A DNA stretch of 64,000 nt from Myxococcota bacterium (GCA_040386535.1 JAZKFH010000027.1:44314-108313), one strand, 5' to 3'; shown: positions 51,896-63,235, counted from the first letter of the stretch. Notes: generated from the sequence alone by a model not told the origin. Program-made: numbers and translations.

Positions 51896-54493
51896 ATGAA
51901 GTTCGAACGTTTCACCGTCAAGGCTCGCGAGGTCATCTCCGATGCCCAGCAGCTCGCGGGCAAGTTCGGAAATCCCGAGATCCGCCCCCAGCACTTCCTG
52001 CTCGTGCTGCTCACCCAGGAGAAGGGCATCGCGCCCACCCTCCTCTCGCAGATCGGCGTGGACGTGCAGGGATTGACGCGGGAGGCCGCCAAGCTCGTGG
52101 ACGAGCTGCCGAAGGTGAGCGGCGGGGCCCAGGCCCAGCTCTCCCGCCAGGCGCAGGAGGTGCTGAACGTCGCGGAGAAGGAGGCCAAGACCCTCGGCGA
52201 CACCCACATCGCCACCGAGCTCATCCTCCTCGGCATCGCCGACGTGAAGGACAAGCCGCAGCAGCTCCTCAAGGACTACGGCGCCACGCGCGAACGCATC
52301 CTCAACGCGATGCAGGTCATGCGCGCCGGCAAGAACGTGTCGGGGGAAGAGGCGGAGAGCCAATACGAGGCCCTGAAGAAGTACACTCGCGACCTGACGG
52401 CCCAGGCGCGCGAGGGCAAGATCGACCCGGTGGTCGGGCGGGACGAGGAGATCCGGCGCACGCTCCAGGTGCTCTCCCGCCGCAGCAAGAACAACCCCGT
52501 GCTCATCGGCGATCCCGGCGTCGGCAAGACCGCCATCGTCGAGGGCATCGCCCAGCGCATCGCCGCGGGCGACGTGCCGGAGAGCCTCAAGGACAAGAAG
52601 GTCCTCTCGCTCGACATGGCCGCGCTCATCGCCGGCGCGAAGTACCGCGGCGAGTTCGAGGAGCGCCTCAAGGCCGTGCTCAACGAGATCGAGGCCGCCA
52701 AGGGCGAGATCATCCTGTTCATCGACGAGCTCCACATGGTCGTCGGCGCCGGCAAGTCCGAGGGCTCGATGGACGCGGGGAACATGCTCAAGCCGGCGCT
52801 CGCGCGCGGAGAGCTCCGGTGCCTCGGCGCCACCACGCTCGACGAGTTCCGCAAGCACATCGAGAAGGACAAGGCGCTCGAGCGCCGCTTCCAGCCGGTG
52901 TACGTGGACGAGCCGAGCGTGCAGGACACGATCCGCATCCTCCGCGGCATCAAGGAGAAGTACGAGCAGCACCACGGCATCCGCATCACGGACGACGCGA
53001 TCATCGCCGCCGCGGTGATGTCGGACCGCTACATCAACGACCGCCAGCTCCCCGACAAGGCGATCGATCTCATCGACGAGGCCGCCAGCCGCCTGAAGAT
53101 GGAGATCGAGAGCCTGCCCCAGCCGATCGACGTGCTGGAGCGCGCCGCGCGCGGCATGAAGGTCGAGCTCGCGGCGCTCGCCCGCGAGACCGACAAGGGG
53201 GCGATCGAGCGCGCGAACAAGCTGCGCGCCGACATCGCCGACAAGGAGGAGGAGGCCGGCGTGCTCCGCAGCCAGTGGCAGGCGGAGAAGAACGCGCTCG
53301 ACGCCATCCGGGACAACGCCGAGAAGATCGACCAGCTCAAGCACAACCTCGAGCGGATGCAGCGCTCGGGTGAGTACGAGGCCGCCAGCCGGGTGCAGTT
53401 CGGCGAGCTGCCCGAGGCCCAGCGCCAGCTCGCGGCTGCTCAGGAGCGCCTCGCCCTGCTCCAGAAGGACGGCGGCGTGCTCCGCGAGGTGGTGACCGAC
53501 GAGGACATCGCGCTCGTCGTGTCGAAGTGGACCGGCGTGCCCGTGACCAAGCTCAAGGAGGGCGAGCAGGCCAAGCTCCTCAAGATGGAGGAGAACCTCC
53601 ACAACCGCGTCATCGGCCAGCACCCGGCGATCGTGGCCGTGTCGGACGCGGTGCGCCGCTCGCGCGCCGGCCTGCAGGACCCGAACCGCCCCATCGGCAG
53701 CTTCATCTTCCTCGGCCCCACCGGCGTCGGGAAGACCGAGCTCGCCAAGGCGCTCGCCGAGTTCCTGTTCGACGACGAGAACAACATCGTGCGCATCGAC
53801 ATGTCCGAGTACATGGAGAAGCACACGGTGGCCCGGCTCATCGGCGCGCCCCCCGGCTACGTCGGCTACGACGAGGGCGGGCAGCTCACCGAGGCCGTGC
53901 GGCGCCGCCCCTACAGCGTCGTGCTGCTCGACGAGATCGAGAAGGCGCACCCCGACGTGTTCAACGTGCTCCTCCAGGTGCTGGACGACGGCCGGCTGAC
54001 CGACAGCAAGGGCCGCACGGTCGACTTCAAGAACACCGTCATCATCCTGACGAGCAACGTCGGCAGCCGCCTCATCATGGAGCACCAGGACGACCGGCCG
54101 CGCATGGAGAAGGAGGTGCTCGCCGAGCTGCGCCGCACCTTCAAGCCCGAGTTCCTCAACCGCATCGACGACATCATCATCTTCGACGCGCTGAAGCGCG
54201 AGGACATGGACAAGATCCTCGACGTCCAGCTCCGCCGTGTGCGGAAGCTCCTCGCGGATCGCCAGCTCTCGCTGGAGCTGTCCCCGGCCGCCAAACACGC
54301 GATCGCCGAGGCCGGGTTCGATCCGATGTTCGGCGCCCGCCCGCTGAAGCGCTCGATCCAGCAGTACCTGCTGAACCCGATGTCGAAGACGATCGTGGCC
54401 GGCGGATACGGCCCCGGGGACACCGTCAAGATCGATGTAGACGGGCAGGATCTGACGTTCGAGCGGGTCCCGGCGCTCGAGGACGCGAAGTAG
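51896..54493 (+). CDS. clpB: Chaperone ClpB
   Basis: Two AAA+ domains ([16 protein letters not shown]), [14 protein letters not shown], long coiled-coil M-domain, GAPPGYVGY. Confidence 0.97.
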   Translation: MKFERFTVKAREVISDAQQLAGKFGNPEIRPQHFLLVLLTQEKGIAPTLLSQIGVDVQGLTREAAKLVDELPKVSGGAQAQLSRQAQEVLNVAEKEAKTLGDTHIATELILLGIADVKDKPQQLLKDYGATRERILNAMQVMRAGKNVSGEEAESQYEALKKYTRDLTAQAREGKIDPVVGRDEEIRRTLQVLSRRSKNNPVLIGDPGVGKTAIVEGIAQRIAAGDVPESLKDKKVLSLDMAALIAGAKYRGEFEERLKAVLNEIEAAKGEIILFIDELHMVVGAGKSEGSMDAGNMLKPALARGELRCLGATTLDEFRKHIEKDKALERRFQPVYVDEPSVQDTIRILRGIKEKYEQHHGIRITDDAIIAAAVMSDRYINDRQLPDKAIDLIDEAASRLKMEIESLPQPIDVLERAARGMKVELAALARETDKGAIERANKLRADIADKEEEAGVLRSQWQAEKNALDAIRDNAEKIDQLKHNLERMQRSGEYEAASRVQFGELPEAQRQLAAAQERLALLQKDGGVLREVVTDEDIALVVSKWTGVPVTKLKEGEQAKLLKMEENLHNRVIGQHPAIVAVSDAVRRSRAGLQDPNRPIGSFIFLGPTGVGKTELAKALAEFLFDDENNIVRIDMSEYMEKHTVARLIGAPPGYVGYDEGGQLTEAVRRRPYSVVLLDEIEKAHPDVFNVLLQVLDDGRLTDSKGRTVDFKNTVIILTSNVGSRLIMEHQDDRPRMEKEVLAELRRTFKPEFLNRIDDIIIFDALKREDMDKILDVQLRRVRKLLADRQLSLELSPAAKHAIAEAGFDPMFGARPLKRSIQQYLLNPMSKTIVAGGYGPGDTVKIDVDGQDLTFERVPALEDAK

Positions 54494-54518
54494 GCGCGCT
54501 GCGAGACGACGCGCGCGC

Positions 54519-55376
54519 GTGATGGGCCAGAAGTGGTCTATGATCGCGCGGATGTCGCCTCTCCGCAGGTTCTCGCTGTTGCCCGCCGCCTCGAGCCTCC
54601 TCGGCGTCGGCACCAGCTTCCTGGCGGACGTGGCGTTGCGGCCGGCGTTCGCGAGCGTGTACCTCGTGCCGGTGGCGGCCGCGTCCTGGTTCGGGGGGCC
54701 CGGCGTGGGCCTCGTGGTGGCCGCCGTCGCGTCCGGGGCCAGCGCGGTGGCCGGCGGGTTCGGCGACGAGCCGCTGGCCCGCGTCGTCATGCCGACGCTC
54801 GTGAACGTCTCCGCCGCCTGGCTGGTCGGGAGCTTGCGGAACGCCTACCGCCACGAACGAGCGCTCGCCCGCACCGACGCGGTCACCGGCGCGCCGAACC
54901 GCCGCGCGTTCGAGGAGCGCGCGCGCGCCATGTTGCGCCTCCACGCCCGCACTGGCCGCCCGTTCACGGCGGCGGCGCTCGATCTCGACGGGTTCAAGGC
55001 GGTGAACGACCGGCTCGGGCACGCCGAGGGCGATCGGGTGCTGCGCGCCGTGTCAGAGGCGCTCGCCCGCGCGGTGCGGAGCTCCGATCATGTCGCGCGC
55101 TACGGCGGGGACGAGTTCGCGCTGCTCCTGCCCGACACCGACGAGCGGGGCGCGGCACTCCTGCTCGCGCGGCTCCGTGGCGCGCTCTGCGACGCGATGA
55201 CGGGCGGCGGGTGGGCGGTGACCTTCAGCGTGGGCGCCATCACCTTCCGCGACCTGCCCCCGGCGGGATTTCCCCGCAACGAGCGGGACCTGATGCAGCT
55301 GGTGGACGCGCGGGTGTACGAGGCGAAACACGCCGGAAAGGACCAGATGATCCACGAGACGCGCGGGGCCGGGTAG
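54519..55376 (+). CDS. Membrane-anchored diguanylate cyclase
   Basis: TM N-terminus; DLDGFKAVND..GH..GD; RYGGDEF; start uncertain. Confidence 0.9.
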   Translation: MMGQKWSMIARMSPLRRFSLLPAASSLLGVGTSFLADVALRPAFASVYLVPVAAASWFGGPGVGLVVAAVASGASAVAGGFGDEPLARVVMPTLVNVSAAWLVGSLRNAYRHERALARTDAVTGAPNRRAFEERARAMLRLHARTGRPFTAAALDLDGFKAVNDRLGHAEGDRVLRAVSEALARAVRSSDHVARYGGDEFALLLPDTDERGAALLLARLRGALCDAMTGGGWAVTFSVGAITFRDLPPAGFPRNERDLMQLVDARVYEAKHAGKDQMIHETRGAG

Positions 55377-55415
55377 CGAACGATCCGCGCCTCCTGCGGC
55401 GAGAAGGACGCGGCG

Positions 55416-55934
55416 CTAACCGCCGGTGACCGACCGGTAGAGCCGCTCCAGCAGCGTCGTGATCGACGAGCGCATCTGCCGCGAGATCAGGAAGTCGGGC
55501 GCGGGGAAGCTCGGTTGGATGTGCACGTCGTACTTCACCTTCGTGCCGGTTTCGACCGACACGAACGACCACCGCACCTCGTAGATCGAGAGGGCCTTGC
55601 TCGCCACCAAGGTCTCGTGCCAGCCGGTCGACGTGGCGCAGCGCCGGTAGTCGTACGCCACCGGCGCGAAGGTCATGCCGGTCTCGACGCGGAGGGTGGG
55701 ACACGCCTCTCGGGAGACGTAGGAGATCGCCTTGATGTCGGGCGAGAGCTGGGCGGCCGCGATGGGATCCCCGAGCGCGGCGCGGACGGCCTCGATGGGG
55801 GCGGGGATGACGAACTCGGTGCGCCAGACCCCGTCGGAGCTGGGGGCCACGGTGAACGCGGGAGGCTCGGCCGCGCGCGCGGCGCCGGACAGACTCGCGG
55901 CCAACAGGAGCCAGAGCGTCCCCCCCACGGTCAC
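55416..55934 (-). CDS. SRPBCC/START-like exported protein
   Basis: IPAPIEAVRAAL, YEVRWSF...GTKVKY. Confidence 0.6.
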   Translation of the reverse strand: MTVGGTLWLLLAASLSGAARAAEPPAFTVAPSSDGVWRTEFVIPAPIEAVRAALGDPIAAAQLSPDIKAISYVSREACPTLRVETGMTFAPVAYDYRRCATSTGWHETLVASKALSIYEVRWSFVSVETGTKVKYDVHIQPSFPAPDFLISRQMRSSITTLLERLYRSVTGG

Positions 55935-55976
55935 CTCACCGGGTTGGACTAACCCGAGCGCGAGCGCCGCCCACGC

Positions 55977-56819
55977 TCATCCGTGGCGTTCGACCCAATC
56001 TTCCCAGCGCCGGGCCAGCACGTCGTTCTGGGGGCGATCAGACACCAGCCGGCGCCGGATCTCCCACGCGGTGCGCTCCTCGACCTGGCCCATGTCGATC
56101 GCGCGCCCCGAGGCCTGGCGGTACCCCGCGACGAACGCATCGCGGGCGCGCGGGTTCAGGATGAAGACGCAGGCCTGCATCTCGACCAGGTCCGCCTCCA
56201 CGGGGCCCCAGCGGGCGCAAGTCCAGTCCACCACGCCGGTGATGGTCCACCCGCTGCGGAGCTGGGGCCGGCCGAGCACGTTGCCCAGGTGGTAGTCGAG
56301 GTGGAGCAGACGGGCGCGGCGCGGGTCGATGTCGGCGAGGTCGGGGAGGCCGGTCGGGCCTTCCGGGCGCGCCACGGCGTGGATCGCGGAGAGGGAGCGG
56401 CCCATCTGGAGGCACACGCCGCTCAAGCCGTCCTCGTCGAGCTGGCCGCGCTCGTAGGCGATCTCGGCCGTGGTACCGGGGAGCACGCCCATCACGGCGC
56501 ACACCGGGTCGGTCGAGAAGACGCGGTACGGCGAGGGGACGCTGACGCCCCGGATCATCGTGAGCACGACGCCTTCTGCGCGAAGACGGTCGGCCGCGGG
56601 GCGGGTCAGGTCGAACGGATCCGGGAGGGCGTCGGAGCGGGGGAACTTCAGGAGGCGCTCGCCGCCGGGGTCCTCCGGGCCGCACAAGCCCGCGGGTGTG
56701 ACGACGCGGAAGAGGTGATGCTCGCGACCGTCCCGGGCACGCACGAGGCGAGGGTCGAGGCCGATCTCGCGTGCGAGCCGCGCGGCGATGAGCTCGGGAG
56801 GCTGGGAGGTATCCGCCAT
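55977..56819 (-). CDS. APH-family phosphotransferase
   Basis: LLKFP, LLHLDYHLGNV, GVVDW. Confidence 0.8.
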   Translation of the reverse strand: MADTSQPPELIAARLAREIGLDPRLVRARDGREHHLFRVVTPAGLCGPEDPGGERLLKFPRSDALPDPFDLTRPAADRLRAEGVVLTMIRGVSVPSPYRVFSTDPVCAVMGVLPGTTAEIAYERGQLDEDGLSGVCLQMGRSLSAIHAVARPEGPTGLPDLADIDPRRARLLHLDYHLGNVLGRPQLRSGWTITGVVDWTCARWGPVEADLVEMQACVFILNPRARDAFVAGYRQASGRAIDMGQVEERTAWEIRRRLVSDRPQNDVLARRWEDWVERHG

Positions 56820-56905
56820 GGCGGAAGCCTATTCCAACGTACGGGAGCCTGCCCAGGCCGCCGCGACCTCCGACATGATAGGTCCCCGGCACTGAACAGG
56901 ACCGG

Positions 56906-57748
56906 ATGTCGTCGTACCCGTCGCTCGCGAGCATCATCGCGTCCGTGATGCTCTCCGACGAGGAGAAGAAGCGCCTCGAGCGGCTTCTCTACGCCGATGC
57001 GGGGCACGGGTACGATGCCTTCGGGCTGCACCCCGACTACGTCGCGTTCGGTCGGGTCCTCACCGCGCCGCTCTACGACCGGTATTTCCGCGTCAAGTCG
57101 AAGGGCCACGAACACATCCCGACCTCGGGGCCGGCCGTTCTCGCCTCGAACCACTCCGGCGCCGTCCCCATCGACGGGATGATGATCTGGGCGGACGTGC
57201 TCCGGAACACCGAGCCCCCGCGGGTGGCGCGCGCCGTGGCCGATCACTTCGTGCCGATGATCCCCATGATCGGGACCCTCTTCGCGCGCGGTGGCATGGT
57301 CGGCGGGAGCCGCGGCAACGCGCGCACGCTGTTGGAGAGCGGCGAGCTCCTGATGATCTTCCCCGAGGGTGTGCCGGGCGTCGCCAAACATTTTCGCGAC
57401 CGCTACAAGCTGCAGGACTGGCGCGTGGGCCACGTCGAGCTCGCCATCCGCCACCACGCGCCGGTCGTGCCGGTCGGGATCGTGGGCGCCGAGGAGCAGA
57501 TGCCGCAGATCGGCCGCATCCCCATCCGGGTGGCGGGGCTCCCCTTCATCCCCATCACGCTCACGCCGTTTCCGATGCCGGTGCGCTACCACATCCGGTA
57601 CGGCGCGCCGATTCCGGTGCACCTCGACTACCGGCCCGAGCAGGCCGACGATCCCTCCGCCGTGCGCGAGGCCGCCGCGCGCGTGAAGGCGGCGGTGCAG
57701 GCCCTGTTGGAAGAGGGGCTGCGCGAGCGCGAGGGGATCTTCGCGTGA
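56906..57748 (+). CDS. Lysophospholipid acyltransferase family protein
   Basis: SNHSGAVPIDG (HX4D-type), IFPEG, PVVPVGIVG. Confidence 0.88.
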   Translation: MSSYPSLASIIASVMLSDEEKKRLERLLYADAGHGYDAFGLHPDYVAFGRVLTAPLYDRYFRVKSKGHEHIPTSGPAVLASNHSGAVPIDGMMIWADVLRNTEPPRVARAVADHFVPMIPMIGTLFARGGMVGGSRGNARTLLESGELLMIFPEGVPGVAKHFRDRYKLQDWRVGHVELAIRHHAPVVPVGIVGAEEQMPQIGRIPIRVAGLPFIPITLTPFPMPVRYHIRYGAPIPVHLDYRPEQADDPSAVREAAARVKAAVQALLEEGLREREGIFA

Positions 57749-58707
57749 GCGACTACATCAAGGGCGTGCTCGTCACCGGCACGGACGCGCCCGTGGGCGA
57801 GCTGCTCGTGCGTGCGCTCCTGGCCAATCCGAACGTGGGCCACGTCCTCGCGATCGGCCTGCGCCGCCCCGAGGAGGCGCTCCCCATCGCGCACACCTCC
57901 CGGCTGACCTATCTGCAGGTCAACCTCGTGCGCGAGCGCCAGGTGCACGATCTGCTGTTCGGCCCCGCGCGGGACCTGGGCGTCGAGGTCGTGGTGCACA
58001 CCGCGATGAGCCGCAACGCGATGGCCGAGGGCGGCGGCGTGCACGCGCTCAACGTCGAGGCCACGCGCGCGCTCCTCCAGCTGTGCGAGCGGCACCCCAC
58101 CATCCGCCGCTTCGTGCTCAAGTCCTACGCCGAGGTCTACTCCGTCTCGCACGACCTCCCCGTGCTCATCGCGGAGGACCACCCGCTCAACCTGCATCCG
58201 AACGCGCCCCAGTACGTGCGGGACCGTGTCGAGGCCGACCTGCACGCGTGCGTCCGCATGGGGCTCTCCCCCCTGCAGATCGTCGTGCTCCGCTGCGCGG
58301 AGTCGCTCGCGCCCGGCACCGGCTCGCAGTTGTTCGACTACCTCGAGTCGCCCGTGTGCCTCCGGCCCGCCGGCTACGACCCGATGATCAACGTCGCGAG
58401 CCTCAAGGACATCGTCCGCGCGCTGGAGTCCGCGGTGCGGGCCCCGGAGCAGGGCGTGTTCAACGTGCCCGGCTACGACACGCTGCCGTTGTCCCTCGCC
58501 ATCCGGAAGTGGGGCCGCCTCGGCATCTCGTTGCCGTCCTCGTGGCTCACCCCGCTGTACCGCTGGCGTCGCAAGCTGCGCGGGCACGACTTCCGCTACG
58601 GCATGAACCGCCGCCGCTTCCACTACAGCGGCGTGCTCGACGGGCGCCGCGCCCGAGAGGTGCTCGGCTTCACGCCCACGCTCCCGGTCGACTGGCCGAT
58701 CAGCTAG
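57745..58707 (+). CDS. NAD-dependent epimerase/dehydratase-like protein
   Basis: VLVTG, VVHTA, NVEAT..LL, GVFNV. Confidence 0.8.
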   Translation: MSDYIKGVLVTGTDAPVGELLVRALLANPNVGHVLAIGLRRPEEALPIAHTSRLTYLQVNLVRERQVHDLLFGPARDLGVEVVVHTAMSRNAMAEGGGVHALNVEATRALLQLCERHPTIRRFVLKSYAEVYSVSHDLPVLIAEDHPLNLHPNAPQYVRDRVEADLHACVRMGLSPLQIVVLRCAESLAPGTGSQLFDYLESPVCLRPAGYDPMINVASLKDIVRALESAVRAPEQGVFNVPGYDTLPLSLAIRKWGRLGISLPSSWLTPLYRWRRKLRGHDFRYGMNRRRFHYSGVLDGRRAREVLGFTPTLPVDWPIS

Positions 58708-58800
58708 CCGTCGCCGTCATCAGCGCCCGCTTTTGTACCCGCCGCCCGAGGTCGCCCTTGTTGTCCCTTCGCCCGAACGCCTCCGCCCGTGGGGGGAGCC

Positions 58801-59457
58801 ATGACGACGCCCGGCGCTGAGGGTGGCCGCCCCGTTTCGATCCGGCCCAAGGCCGCGCTCGCCCTGATCATCGCCGCGATCACGGTGGCGGGTGGGCTGG
58901 TGGTCGCGACGGTGGGCTGGTACGCGACGGTGCAGGGCACGTCGGGGCAAGCGAGCGGCGTACGCGCGCGGGTCACCTTCACGAGCCCGTGCGACGCCGA
59001 GGCCCGTCCGGTGATCCTGGCCCGCCTCGCGGAGTACGGCCTGCCTGCCCAGGCCTCGCCGGACAGCGGCGGCCTCGCGTTCGACGTGACCATGCCGGGC
59101 CTCGCGGACGACCTGACCCACGTGCCGAAGGCTCTCGCGGCCCCCGGCACGCTCGAGGTGCGCGTGGACGGCGTCGTGCGGCCGGTCGTCGTCCAGGACC
59201 TCGGCGTGCAGCTCGCGTTCAGCGGCACCCCCGTCACGTTGCTGCTGTTGAGCGAGCCGCTGCCGGAGCGCGGCGTGGAGGTCTCGATCGACGGCGCGCC
59301 GGCCGACGTCGAGGAGGTCACCGGCGTCGAGCTGCAGATCGCCGCGCGCGCGGGGCAGAGCGCCGAGGCGCTGCGGCTCGCCACCGATCGGGCCGTCGCG
59401 TTGCGTCATCCGCTGCCGTGCGCGGTCACCCCGGTGGGCGCCGAGGCGATGCCGTAG
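58801..59457 (+). CDS. Hypothetical membrane-anchored protein (SecD periplasmic-like features)
   Basis: Single TM; ILARL..YG, PG.LE, A.ALR..LP. Confidence 0.5.
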   Translation: MTTPGAEGGRPVSIRPKAALALIIAAITVAGGLVVATVGWYATVQGTSGQASGVRARVTFTSPCDAEARPVILARLAEYGLPAQASPDSGGLAFDVTMPGLADDLTHVPKALAAPGTLEVRVDGVVRPVVVQDLGVQLAFSGTPVTLLLLSEPLPERGVEVSIDGAPADVEEVTGVELQIAARAGQSAEALRLATDRAVALRHPLPCAVTPVGAEAMP

Positions 59458-59602
59458 GGCGCGACGCGCTTGCTTCGCGGAGGCTGAGGCGCGGCACGTT
59501 CGCGTCGCTGGAAGCCGGCGGCGCCAAAAACACGAAACCCTCCGTCGCTTGCGCGGGGAGGGCTCCGATGGGACGAGGTGGCGTGCGGACACGCCGCCCG
59601 CG

Positions 59603-60220
59603 TCAGATCATCTGGCTGTAGTACTCGACGATCTTCTGGGGATCACACTCGAACGGGATGTCTTCGCGCTCGGGCGCGACGACCATCTTGCCGGCCATGA
59701 GGGCCGGGTCGAACTCGAGGAAGCTCGGGCGCTGACGGCTGGCCGCGAGCTCGAGGATCCCGGCGTAGAACGGGGACGCCTTGCTCTTCGGGTGGAGGGC
59801 GACGACATCGCCGGCCTTGACCTGGAAGCTGGGGCGGTCCGTGCGGACGCCGTTGACCGTGACGTGCCCGTGCACGACGAGCTGACGCGCGGCGGGGATG
59901 GTCGCGCCGAGGCCGAGGCGCCAGGTGACGCTGTCGAGGCGGCTCTCGAGGAGGGTCGCGAGGATGCGGCCGGTCGGGCCCTTGCGGCGCGAGGCCTCGG
60001 TCACGTAGCGACGGAACTGCTTCTCGAGGATGCCGTAGTGGAAGCGCATCTTCTGCTTCTCCACCATGCGTTCCTTGAAGTCAGACTGCTTGCCCTTGCG
60101 GCGTGTGCCGTGCTGTCCCGGGGGGAACGGGCGCTTGAGGACGCCCTTGTTCGTAAGGCCGGGAAGCACCACGCCCACCTGCCGGCACTTCTTCAGCCGG
60201 GGTCCACGATAACGTGCCAT
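59603..60220 (-). CDS. rpsD: 30S ribosomal protein S4
   Basis: MARYRGP, PPGQHG, EKQK.R.HYG, LESRLD, ARQLV.HGH, IVEYYS. Confidence 0.96.
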   Translation of the reverse strand: MARYRGPRLKKCRQVGVVLPGLTNKGVLKRPFPPGQHGTRRKGKQSDFKERMVEKQKMRFHYGILEKQFRRYVTEASRRKGPTGRILATLLESRLDSVTWRLGLGATIPAARQLVVHGHVTVNGVRTDRPSFQVKAGDVVALHPKSKASPFYAGILELAASRQRPSFLEFDPALMAGKMVVAPEREDIPFECDPQKIVEYYSQMI

Positions 60221-60374
60221 GTTGATGGCTCCTTGGGGTGCGGGAATGCCCTTGCGGGCATGAAACGTTGCCGGGGGTTCGAGTAGGAACTCGTGGGCCG
60301 GAAACGGCGCCCGGGGCGATCCCGGGCAGCCCGCGCTGTTAATCGATCGCTCCCCGTCCGCCAAGGAGGATCCG

Positions 60375-60854
60375 ATGGACCATCTGCGCAACGCGCTCCA
60401 GGGCGCGCTCGGCGTGCCCGTTTCCCCGGCGCCCGCGCCCGCCCCCGAGGTGCCCGGCCTCCCGGACCCGCTCAAGAGCGACTGGGTGGCGCTGATGCGC
60501 CAGCTCGGCGCCGAAGTGCCGAAGGACGCCACGATGGGCCAGCTCACGTCGCGCTCCGATCTGCGCGCCAAGGCCCTCGGGGACGCGGGCCGCGGCCGGG
60601 ACGCCGCCGCGTTGAAGAAGGCACGCGAGGACTTCGTGCGGGACCGCGAGAAGCGGGCCTGGGCACTGGTGAAGGACCGCTTCGCCGCGCTGGACCTGCC
60701 CGAGAAGGCGTACCGTTCCTTCAAGCAGGAGGACGCCGATCCCGTCAAGCTCCTGGCCCGGCTGACGAACAAGCGCGCCGAGGAGCTGAGGGGGATGGGC
60801 GCCGCCCGCCTGCGCGACGAGCTCGGCCCCTCCGTGGGGACCGGCAAGAAGTAG
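60375..60854 (+). CDS. Hypothetical protein
   Basis: AAGGAGG RBS; helical 159-aa ORF. Confidence 0.7.
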   Translation: MDHLRNALQGALGVPVSPAPAPAPEVPGLPDPLKSDWVALMRQLGAEVPKDATMGQLTSRSDLRAKALGDAGRGRDAAALKKAREDFVRDREKRAWALVKDRFAALDLPEKAYRSFKQEDADPVKLLARLTNKRAEELRGMGAARLRDELGPSVGTGKK

Positions 60855-60901
60855 GCCCCGCGCCCGGCCCGGGGGGCGTATAGTGCGCGGGTGGAGGTCC
60901 A

Positions 60902-61609
60902 ATGCCGGTCGGGCGGGTCGGATTGACGGGGCGGCGCGGCGTGACGCTGCTGGAGATCGCCATCGTCATCGCGATCATCGGCATCCTGGCCGCGATCGCG
61001 GGCACCATGCTCACGCAGACGATCCCGAGCTGGCGCACACGGCGCGCCGCGCGCGAGTTCTCCGCGACGCTCAACCAGTGCCGGCAGCTCGCGATCGCGC
61101 AGGGCGTCGAGTACCGGGTCCGCATGGGGTCCGCCGACCCTGACCTCAGCGGGTCGGGCGGCAGCGTGGGGGTCTACTACATCGAGCGCGGCAATTCGGG
61201 CGTGAACAGCTCCGCATGGGACATCCTCCCGTGGGACGCGGACGGGTCGAACACCGCCAACGCCGAGGGCACGATCGACATCTCCGCGGGCGCCCCCAAC
61301 GAGCTGCGTGGCGCGAGCATCGCGCCGTGGAACCCGATCGCCGGCGTGGAGGGGGACGACATCGTGTTCAGCCCGCGCGGCTGGCTCATCAACCCCGTGA
61401 GCGACTTCAACGCCGACGGGTACATCGAGATCACCTTCGTCAACAAGCCGGCGCGGGCACGCGGCGAGGCCGACGAGTGGACCGTGATGGTGTCCCGCGG
61501 CGGGCTCGTGCGCCTGGAGTCCAACCGGCAGACGCCGATCGGCGGGGCGAGCGGCACCTCGAGCGCGTCGGACTGGACGTCGAGCTCGGCGTCCGGGCAC
61601 TCGCCCTAA
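60902..61609 (+). CDS. Type IV pilin-like protein (FimT/GspH-type)
   Basis: RRG/VTLLEIAIVIAIIGILAAIA prepilin motif. Confidence 0.85.
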   Translation: MPVGRVGLTGRRGVTLLEIAIVIAIIGILAAIAGTMLTQTIPSWRTRRAAREFSATLNQCRQLAIAQGVEYRVRMGSADPDLSGSGGSVGVYYIERGNSGVNSSAWDILPWDADGSNTANAEGTIDISAGAPNELRGASIAPWNPIAGVEGDDIVFSPRGWLINPVSDFNADGYIEITFVNKPARARGEADEWTVMVSRGGLVRLESNRQTPIGGASGTSSASDWTSSSASGHSP

Positions 61610-62013
61610 GACGACGGCGGCGGATCCTCGACGAGCCGAGGAGTGGGCCACTCCGTCACCGCGGACGTGCAGGGCCGGCCCTCGGCCTGGGCGGCGACCG
61701 CGTCCTCGAGGCGCACGGACGCCCACAACCCGTCGAACGCGGTCAGCAGCTCAGCCAGCGCGACGCCCTCGTACGTGGGGGGGAGCCCCTCGAACTTCGC
61801 GCGGGCCTTGGTCCATTGGCCCCAGGCGCCCCGCGGATTGCCGCGCCGCCAGTGCTCCAGCGACACCGCGAGCTGGATGAGGCCTTGCACGTAGTCGCGG
61901 CCGGGCCCGCGGGGCAGCTCGCGCCAGAGGGCCTCGAGCACCTCGTGGCACTCGAACCACTGGCGCTCGCGGAACAGGTGGAGGCCCTCGTGGTAGCGCG
62001 CGTCGTTCCGCAT
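61606..62013 (-). CDS. DUF309 family protein
   Basis: G..LF....WFECHEVLE.LW, QGLIQLAV..EH..RGN. Confidence 0.85.
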   Translation of the reverse strand: MRNDARYHEGLHLFRERQWFECHEVLEALWRELPRGPGRDYVQGLIQLAVSLEHWRRGNPRGAWGQWTKARAKFEGLPPTYEGVALAELLTAFDGLWASVRLEDAVAAQAEGRPCTSAVTEWPTPRLVEDPPPSS

Positions 62014-62035
62014 CGGAGCGATATATCCGGTCACA

Positions 62036-63235
62036 TCAGCCCTTGGCCTCGGGGGAGAAGGCTTCCGGGGACAGCGCACGTTGGGCCATCCGCCGCACGG
62101 TCGGGCGCGGATCGGCCGCCCAGGCACGGATGTCCTGGCCGCCCGCCGCCAGCACGGCGACGGCGTGGGCCGAGGTGATCTCCGTGGCGTCGCGCGCGGT
62201 GGCGCGAAGCGCGGGGAACGCGACGGCGCCGAGCTTCCACAGGGCGTCCATCGCCGGGAGGTAGAAGCCGCCGAGGGCGGAGCCGTGCGTGTCGTCCAGG
62301 TGGGCGAGCAGGGTGGGGATGCTCGCCGGGGCGCCGATCTCGCCGAGCGCCCAGAGCAGGTTGGTGCGCACGGGGTACTGGATGCCCAGCCCCGCGCCGG
62401 GCCGGCCCTCGAAGTCGGCGACCTCGTCCTTGAGCGCCCCGCCGATCCAGCCCGCGCCCTGCCGGAGGCCGAGCCGACCCAGGCCGGTGGCCGCGATCCG
62501 CCGCTGGGCGAACCCGCGCCCCGGATCCACGTCGGTGGCGCGCAGCGCGTCGCGCAGGGGGGCGGCCGCCCGGGGATCGCCCGTGAGGCCCATGGCGACG
62601 AAGAGGGTGTGCTCTCCGCGGCGCCCGGCGCTGCGGAGGCGGGCCTGGATGCGCACGAGGTCGTCCGGGTGGCCGAGAGCGGCGAGCGCCTGGGCGATGT
62701 CGAGGCCGCGCCGGCCGGGGTCGGGGTGCTCGAGCTGGTGGCGCCGGGCTTCGAGGAGGGCGGCCCGGGGCTGGACGGCGCCGGGCGTATCGCCGAGGCA
62801 GGCCCACAGGCGCTCGGACAGGGGCGCGAGGCCGTGGACCGCGGCGGGGCTGCGCAGCCCGCCGACGGTGTGGAGGGCGCGCCGGTCGTGGCGTTCCAGG
62901 GCCGCGGCGAGCACGGCGGCATCGTCGCCGCAGCGGATCCGGGCGACGGCGAAGGCCAGCTGGCCCTCCTCCGTGCGGTCCGCCCCGGCCGCGGCGCCCA
63001 GCGCATCGAGGGCCTCGGGATTCCCGAGGTTTCCGAGAGCGCGCGCGGCGGTGCGCCGGAGCGCCGCGTGGTCCCCCCGCAGAAGCGGAAGCAGCGGCGC
63101 GGGGGGACCTCCTTGCTCACCCAGGGCCCGAGCGCACCGGATCGCGAAGGCCTCCGAGCCCCGCCGAAGCCCGCGCTCGAGCCCGGCTTGAGGGAGCTGG
63201 TCGGGGTCTCCCAACAAATGGTCCAGGAGCGCCAT
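62036..63235 (-). CDS. HEAT-repeat protein
   Basis: RRTAARALGNLG, RIAATGLGRLG, WALGEIG repeats. Confidence 0.75.
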   Translation of the reverse strand: MALLDHLLGDPDQLPQAGLERGLRRGSEAFAIRCARALGEQGGPPAPLLPLLRGDHAALRRTAARALGNLGNPEALDALGAAAGADRTEEGQLAFAVARIRCGDDAAVLAAALERHDRRALHTVGGLRSPAAVHGLAPLSERLWACLGDTPGAVQPRAALLEARRHQLEHPDPGRRGLDIAQALAALGHPDDLVRIQARLRSAGRRGEHTLFVAMGLTGDPRAAAPLRDALRATDVDPGRGFAQRRIAATGLGRLGLRQGAGWIGGALKDEVADFEGRPGAGLGIQYPVRTNLLWALGEIGAPASIPTLLAHLDDTHGSALGGFYLPAMDALWKLGAVAFPALRATARDATEITSAHAVAVLAAGGQDIRAWAADPRPTVRRMAQRALSPEAFSPEAKG

